Positions 21,301 to 30,300 of a stretch of DNA of 64,000 bases are shown here, one piece after another. Position 1 is the stretch's first letter. Every line of letters starts with the position of its first letter. A program made the translations under genes and the position numbers. Origin of the DNA: an uncultured Planctomycetaceae bacterium (GTDB lineage: Bacteria; Planctomycetota; Planctomycetia; Planctomycetales; Planctomycetaceae). The notes under the pieces were generated by a model, which saw only the letters and a program-made list of their open reading frames with translations, ran no database searches and was not told the origin of the DNA. Location of the stretch: positions 186,001 through 250,000 of the forward strand of contig CAXBME010000001.1 in the NCBI GenBank assembly GCA_963976765.1, written 5' to 3'.

Positions 21301-24300
21301 TACGGGAATTGGTCCCCAGCCAGTTTCCCTTCAGAATGTCACGGTTATCCAGGATCCGTCCGGCCCTGGAGCTGATCAGTATGTAATCGACCTGACCAGC
21401 GTTACCGGAAGTGATGGGAATTATGTGCTGACGCTGAACGCTGAGGGGTCTGGGATTACTGCCATTGCGACCGGCGATCCAATGACCAGCGATGCGATTG
21501 AGAGTTGGTCTACGATTACGACGATTACCGTCAATACGACAAATGACACTGTTGATGTGGATCCTGGTGACGGCATTGTTGCTGATGCTGGCGGTAATGT
21601 TTCGCTTCGTGCGGCGATCATGGAAGCCAATGCTCTGGTGGGCAACGACAGGATCGTTGTTCCGGCAGGTGTCTATGCTCTTACGTTGCCAGGCGCTGGT
21701 GGGAATGTCTCTTCGGCTGGCGATCTCGATATTACTGAGACAACCGGGTCGTTGACGATTGTTGGTGCCGGTGCGGGGTTGACAATCATTGATGCTCGGT
21801 CGATTGAACGAGTGTTTCACATTCTTGGTGGAGCTACGCTTAATCTTGAGGGCGTTACGGTAACTGGTGGTTTGGTAACGGGGAGCGAAGACGGTGGTGG
21901 CATTCGAAACGACGGCGGTACGGTCTCGATCATCGATAGTGTAATTACAGGTAACGTTTCTCAGGACGACGCTGGCGGCATCAACAATACTGGAAACCTG
22001 ACGCTGACCCGGGTGACGGTTTCAAACAACTCGGCAGCTCGAACCGGGGGCGGGATTCGTAATTCCGGTAACCTGACAATCAACGCAAGTACGATCGGGG
22101 GGACGAGTGATCCCGCGGATCCACTTGCTTCTGACCTGCGAAATAAATCCGTGCTGGCCGGGGGCGGCATCGTTAATCTCGGGACTGGTGTTCTGACAAT
22201 TAACAATAGTACGATTGCCGGGAATGTCGCCACTTCCTCAGCTGCTCAAGGGGCGGGGCTGTACTCCATCGGTACGGCGAGTCTGACTAACGTCACAATC
22301 GCCGAGAACGAAGCTGGTGGGCAGGGGGGCGGTCTGGCGGTGGCCGGTGGGACAACCTCGTTGTTGAATACGCTGATTGGTGATAATAATTCCGTAACGA
22401 CCACTGCCAACGACGTTTTCGAATCAACCAACAATGCAGTGTTGATTGTGACTCTTGGAAATAATCTGGTTGAAAATCGGACTGGGGCAACGGCTGCGTT
22501 TCCGGCTCCAGCAGTGGCGGGGCAGCCAAATGCTAACGGGGATTTGGTTGGCGTGTCCCCGCAGCTTGGGCGGCTGGCAGACAACGGTGGTCCGACTGAG
22601 ACCGTTGCTGTGATGCCGGGTAGCCCTGCGATTGATGCTGCAGCCGACACGGTTGATACGACTGATCAGCGTGGTATTACTCGAGGGCTGGATAACTTCA
22701 GCGTTGCCAATGCAGGGCAGCTGGGAATTGATATTGGTGCGTACGAAACTGGCGGCTTCTTTGTGAACTCGCTGGCTGACACGATCGACGTGAATCCTGG
22801 TGATGGAATCGCTGCGGACCAGTTTGGCAACACAACTCTTCGTGCGGCGATCATGGAAGCGAACGCGTCGCCCGGGGACAGTACGATTATTCTTGCAGAC
22901 GGGGTTCATGAACTCAGTCTGGTCGAACTCGACGAAACTGCACCGACGGCAGATATCGTTGATGTTTCGCCTGATCCACTGAGTGCAGAATCGACCGGAC
23001 TCGATCCTGTTGATGAAATTACCGTTAACTTCTCCGAGCCAATTCAGGGATTGGATCTGACGAACGCAGCGACCAATTTTACGTTGACGCTCAACAATGG
23101 TACGACAACATCGGTAGTTCCTCTTACCGGGATCACAATTCGACAGGATTCTGACACGCAGTACGTGCTGGAAGGGTTGACGGCGCTGCTGGCTGCCGAT
23201 GGCCTCTACACGCTGCAGCTCAACACCAGTCCCGTGACGCCGAATATTACGGACTTCGCGCTGGCTCCAAACGGTCTGGCGGCTGATCCGTCTGATCTGA
23301 CTGGGATGATTGCAGCTGTGGAAACCTTTGTGCGAGGTGCCGACGTCTTTGCGCCGACGGCGATAATCAGTGACGTTACAACACCTCGCAGCACGAATCC
23401 AGGTCTTGTTACGGTCACGTTTGACGAGCCAGTTTTCGGTGTGGATCTGAGCTCAGATCCCGCAAATTTCACTCTTCAGTTCGACGATGGGATTCTGCCT
23501 CCACAGACAGTTTCTCTGGCGTCTGTTTCCGTTCAACAGGTCACTTCGAGTGTGTACACGCTCGATCTGAGCACAGTTATTGCCTTCAATAACCTGACAG
23601 ATGTCGGGACTTACACGCTGACGTTTGACGGCACAGCGACAACGATCTTTGATTTTTCTGCAAATGCCTTTGCTGGTGCTCCATTGATCGAAGTGTGGAC
23701 CGTCGCGGTTGACACTGTTGCTCCGAGTGCTGACATCGTGAACGTCAGCCCGAATCCACGGATCGGGTCTGTTGGTGTTGTGACGGTCAACTTCACAGAA
23801 GACGTGACAGGTGTTGATCTCACAGACGCCGAGACCGATTTCGATCTGTTCTTTGATGTGGATGGCCCAGGAGGAATTGCCCCTGTTCAGGTTTCGCTGG
23901 TTGACGCGATGAACAATGCGTTGGTCGTGACTCAGATTTCTGATTCTGAATACACGATTGATTTGACCGACGTTACGACAGCGGACGGTCAATATACACT
24001 GATTCTGACAACGGATGGCATGATTGTTGACGGTGTCGACAATCCGCTGGCTCCGACTGTGCGAGCGGGTGTCACTGCGGAAGAGATCTGGTTGACGGGT
24101 GACAGTCTTGAAACAACTGCCCGCGCGGGAGCATTTGGCGACCTCGATATTCGTGATGCCAGTCTCGGTGGCAAACTGACGATCATCGGCAGTGGTGCTG
24201 GAACGTCGATTATTGATGGCAATTCCATCGATCGAGTCTTCGACGTTCAAGCTGGTTCGCGTCTCGAACTTCAGAACCTCACTGTGACCGGCGGACAAGT

Positions 24301-27300
24301 CGTCGGTGATAAAGACGGTGCTGGTGTTCGAAGTGAAGGTCTGGTTATTCTCTCTGGAACAGAAATTACTGGAAACTCGGCAGGCGGAAACGGTGGTGCA
24401 GTTTATACGGCAAGTGCTGCATCGACGACAGCGCTCTCCACCAATGTGAGCTTAACGGCCACCACTGTTTCAGTTGCAAACGCAGCTGCACTCGGCACGA
24501 CGGTTCCCGGGTTTGTGATTCTGGTTGGCAGTGAGCAGATGCTGGTGACGAATATTGCTGGTAATATTCTCACTGTCGTTCGTGGGGCGAACTCCTCAGC
24601 CCCAATCGCTCATACGGCGAATACCCCAGTTTCGTTGCTGCACTTGTCCATTTCTGGTTCCTCACTGACAAATAACTCCGCTGACTTTGGAGCAGGTGTC
24701 TTTGTCGATGACGGAACTGCGGCAATCGTCGGGAGCTCTCTGCAAAGCAATACGGCAGCAATTGATGGTGGAGCTGTTTATGTTGATCAGGCTGCGAGTG
24801 TTGATGTCGCCGGCAGTTCTGTTCGAAATAATTCAGCTGGTCGCGACGGCGGAGGATTCTACAACAACGCGACTGCCACTATTGTGATCACGGATGCGAC
24901 AGTCACTGGAAACAGTGCTGTACGTGATGGTGGTGGCTTGTTTAATGAAATCGTTGCAACAGCGACTTTGTCTAACGCAAGGTTCTCTGCAAACTCCGCT
25001 ACGAACGGGGGTGGCATTTATAATCAGGATGGCGTCGTCACGGTCAACGGTGGGTCGTTGATTGCCAATATGGCCACAGAGGATGGTGGTGGCGTCTTTA
25101 CGTCTTCGAGTGCTACGACGACGCTTACGAATACGACTTTGTCAGGCAATACTGCTGTGCTTGATGGTGGTGGCGTTCGAAACGACGGTTCGATGACGGT
25201 GAATTCGGTGAACTTTGCAGGGAACGCAGCAGGGCGGGATGGTGGAGCGATTCACAATGATCGAACGCTGACCGTAACCCAGTCGATGTTTACCGGTAAC
25301 ACGGCTGTCGGGAGCGGTGGGGCACTGGATCTGAATTCGATCGGAGTGGTGTCGCTGACGTCGTCGACTCTCCGGGGTAATACGGCAACAGTGAACGGGG
25401 GGGCTATTTCGAATAACGGCGCGTCTCGACTGACGCTTTCAGAAATGACAGTCGATGGCAACCAGGCAACTGGCAATGGTGGTGGTCTCTTTCACAGTTC
25501 TTCCGTCGTCGCAACTGTTTCCATGACGACGATTTCGAACAACAGTGCTGCTAATGGCGGTGGTGTGAGCAGTGCAGGGCCGATCAATCTGACGAACGCG
25601 ACTATCAGTAGCAATGTTGCTAGCGCTGATGGTGGCGGCTTGCACAACACATCAACGGCGACACTGCTGGGAGTTACCATTGCGAATAACATGGCGACTG
25701 GAAGTGGTGGGGGTATTTCAAGCAATAACGCTGGCGGAAATGCGTCTCTGAAAAACACACTTGTTGCTCGAAACACTGCCTCGACCAATGCAGACGTCAA
25801 CGGGACCGCATTTCTAAATCAAGGTAACAATCTGATCGGCGACGCTGGTTCGGTGACGACTTTTGTCAACGGGGTAAGCGGTAACCTGGTCGGTGCGACA
25901 GGAACTGAGATTGACCCGCTGCTGAGTTCATTGAAAGACAACGGCGGAGCAACTCTGACGCATGCACTGCTGTTCGGGAGTCCCGCACGCGACAACGGTA
26001 ACAATGTGGGGGTGCCTGCGTTCGATCAGCGAGGGTTTGATCGAAGGTTTGATGGCGATGGCGACGGAAATGTGACCGTCGATATCGGGGCATTCGAGTC
26101 GGGCCTTACCGTCAACAGTTTCCTGGATACTGTCGACGTCAACCCGGGGGAACGCTCCAGCGCTGACGATGCTGGCAACAGCACTCTTCGAGCTGCCATT
26201 ATGGAAGCAAATGCCCTGCCTGGCGCTGACACGATTGTGCTTCTGCCGGGAACGTACCGATTGACAATTGCTGGGCAGGATGAGAATGATGCTCGAAGTG
26301 GTGACCTCGACATTACCGAGTCTCTGACGATCATTGGTGCAGGGGATGGTTCAACGATCATTGATGCTGCAGGGCTGGACCGAGCTTTCCATATTATCGC
26401 GGGGGCATCGCTGGACCTGAAAGGTGTCACGATTATCAACGGTAATGCGACGCTCGGGGGGGCTGTTTTGAATCAGGGCACGTTCTCGACGGAGAATGTC
26501 ACGATTTCAGGCAGTTCGGCAGTGCTCGGTGGAGCCATTTATAACGACATCGTCGAAGATGAGCTGGTAGCCAACATCACTGCCGGAGCGGGGACACTGC
26601 GAGTTGAGGACGTCTCTGTGTTTCCTCGACAGGCGGGGTTCGTCATTCAGATCGGAACCGAGCAACTGCGAGTTGATTCCATCTCGGGTAATACATTTAC
26701 GGTGACCCGAGGGGTCAATTCGACGACGGCGACGGCTCATACTGCCGGGGATGTCGTCACCGTTGTGGCGACTTCGGTTGTTTCGCTGGTCAATACGAGG
26801 GTTACTGGCAACTCAGCGTTGTTGAACGGTGGTGGCATTTTCAATAACGACACAGTCAATATTACGCTGAGTTCTGTGAACGGAAATACTGCCGGAGTTC
26901 GTGGCGGTGGTCTCTATAACACACAGACTGCCACTTTGGATCGAGCTACGTTTGACGGCAACAGGGCTGAGGTTCGAGGTGGGGCGATTTTCAATGAGGG
27001 GACGACTTTGTCGTCGCCATCGACGGTGTCTGTGAATGCGTCGACTCTATCGAATAACGTATCGGGAGCACGCGGTGGTGCCATTTTCAACTCGCAGACA
27101 CTGACACTTTTGAACTCGACAATTTCGTCGAACGTCGCTGGTGGTGAAGGTGGTGGGATCTTCAACACTGGACCAGATGGAGCAAGTTCCGGGACAACCA
27201 CGATTGTTAACTCGACGATTGCTGAAAACTCATCGGATATTTCGGCGGGGGGAATTTTCAATAACACCGGCAGTGTAGTTCTGCTGACGAATTCAATTGT

Positions 27301-30300
27301 TGCAGGCAATGAAGCTCAGGCATCGAATAATGATGTTCAGGGGGCGTTCAGTTCGGTTCGTACTAACTTTATTGGCGATGCAGGGACTTCGACCGGGTTA
27401 GTGAATGGCCAGAATGGGAATCTGGTTGGTACGACGCTAAGTCCCATCGATCCGGTCCTGGGAGTACTGGCCAGTAACGGTGGTCCGACGCAGACTCATG
27501 AACTGCTGATTGGAAGCCCTGCGATTGACGTGGGCGACAACTCTGGCGGGGAGACAGTGGACCAGCGTGGCGGTCGACGACCGACTGATCAGTCAGCTGA
27601 TATTGGAGCCTTCGAAGTTCAGGCAAATAATCTTTCGATCGACAATGTGTCGATGAATGAGGGCTCGTCCGGTTCGACACTGTTTGTCTTCACGGTTCTG
27701 CTTGAGTCAGTAGCTGCTGATCCGGTAACGGTGTCCTATGGGACGGTGCAGAATACTGCTCAGCAGGGAAGTGACTTTATCGGAACCGCCGGGACGCTGG
27801 TATTTGCTCCAGGTGAACTCTCAAAAACAATCACCGTAGAAGTGAACGGCGATACGACAACGGAATCGACAGAGCAGTTTTTCGTGCAGCTGTTCAATCC
27901 GGTGAATGCTTTGCTGAGCAATGACCGCGGTACGGGAACGATTCTTAATGACGATGCAGTCGTGACCTTCGCAGACGTCAATATCGTCGAAGGCGATTCG
28001 GGGACCAGTACGGCAACATTCAATGTTGTACTGTCGAATCCGACGAGTGCAGACATCACGCTTGGCTATCAGACGTCGGCGGGCACTGCGACTGAAGGTT
28101 CGGCTGCACTGGGGGGAGATTACGTCGAAGCGAGCGGCACTCTGACTTTCCTGGCAGGTGAGACTTCGAAATCGTTTACCGTGACGATCAATGGTGATAC
28201 GGATGTCGAGGCTTTTGAAACAATCTTTGCTGATTTGACATTGGTTTCGGGGTCCGTTCAGCTTCCGGATTCGCAGGCGATCGGCACGATTCAGAACGAC
28301 GACATTGAGTTTGCGGATATCAGCAGCCCGTCGGTGACGGAATTGACTGGTTCAAACAACACTGTCAGCTTCACGATCGCGATGACTCAAGTTAACGCGT
28401 TCGATGTAACGGTCCAGGTGCAGACAGTTGATGGTACGGCGACAGCTGGTAATGACTATATTGCGTTGCCGCCGACGACGGTGACGATCCCTGCGGGAAT
28501 GCTGTCCGTCACTCAGGATGTCACGATTATCGGTGATACTGACTTTGAAGGCGGTGCCACAGGTACTCCTGAGACGTTTAATCTTGAGTACGTTGCCAGC
28601 ACGATCACACGTGATGGAGTGACGTCTTCCGGGACGCTTGGTAATGCAGGGACGGCGAGCATCACCGATGACGAGCTGCCTCCGACCGTCTGGGTGATTC
28701 GTGTGACCGGTGCGGGGACGCAAGGTGAGCTGCTTCGTGACGGAACTGACGACGGAGTATTCAATCCGTTGTTCGTTCGGAACTTTGCTCTGACGGCTAA
28801 CGCCGAAACGGTGAACGGAGACCCTGGAACGCAGAATGACCGATTCATCGTCGACTTTGTAAATGGTAATCCGATTCCCGATGGCGGGTTGTTGATTGAT
28901 GGTGGCGACGAAACTTCAGGGGACTCATTGGAGATCGTCGACAGCGATCTGGTGACACCATTTGTCTTTGACAGCGTTGTTTACACTTCGACCGGCGTGG
29001 ATTCTGGGACTGTCCTGATTATGGATGGTGCCATTACGCCGCTGACTCGAACAATTACTTATGCGGAACTCGAACCAGTCCTTGATACGGTTGCTGCCGC
29101 CAATCGAACATTCACGATCAACTCTGTTGCCAACCCGGGTGATCATGTGATTGATGTTGCCAACGCTGGCGGTCGAACGATTATTTCTGACAATGGGACG
29201 AGTGCCTTTGAGAGTGTTGAGTTTGCTAATCCTACGACTTCGCTGACACTGAATGCGGGCGATGGTAACAACACAATCACCGTTGGGGCGTTGGATGCTG
29301 GCTTTGCGGCTTCCTTCACAATCAACGCCGAAGACGGTGACGACGATCTCGACGCAACGGCAACGAGCATCGCTCTTTCGATTGTCGGTGGTGGCGGTGG
29401 AGATACCCTTCTCGGGGGAACTCTGGATGACACGATCGACGGCGGACTCGGGAACGACAATATTGACGGTGGTGCCGGGAACGACTCCCTGGCGGGCGGA
29501 GCTGACGACGACACGGTGAGCGGTGGAGCCGGTACTGACTCGATCGATGGCGGAGCTGGTAATGACTCAGTTCTGGGTGGAGCTGACAACGACACGCTGA
29601 TAGGTGGCGATGACGACGACACCATCCTGGGCGAAGACGGCAATGACAGCATCTTCGGTGGAAACGGGTCGGACAATCTGGATGGCGGAGCTGGCAACGA
29701 CACAATCGTCGGTGAAGATGGCGGAGACAGCATCGTGGGCGGTTCTGGTCAGGACTCGCTCGACGGCGGCGGAGATGCTGACACGGTCGATGGCGGTGCA
29801 GATAACGACACCGTCCTCGGCGGAAGCGGCACGGACATCGTTGCAGGCGGTGACGGTGATGACTCGGTCGACGGTGGTGCCGACAACGACACTCTTTCGG
29901 GCGGCGGCGGGACTGACACGCTGGTTGGTGGTTCCGGAGATGACCAGGTGGCGGAAGTCGCGGTCGATGCTGAATCGATTATCCTGACCGATACGACCCT
30001 GACTGTCGGCGGACTGGCTGATTCAATCAGCGGAGTCGAAGAGTTCATTCTGACCGGTGGAGACCTGAGTTCTCTGATTGATGCGAGTGCTTACACGCTG
30101 GGTAATGTGACGCTCAATGGTGCCGGTGGCGATGACACTCTGATCGGCAGCAACGGTGATGACTTCATCAATGGCGGAGGCGGTAACGATACGTTGTCCG
30201 GTGGTCTGGGCAATGACTCAATGCTTGGTGGAGCCGGCAATGACGTGATCGACGGTGGGTCCGCCAATGACACGCTGGCCGGCAACTCTGGAAACGACAC

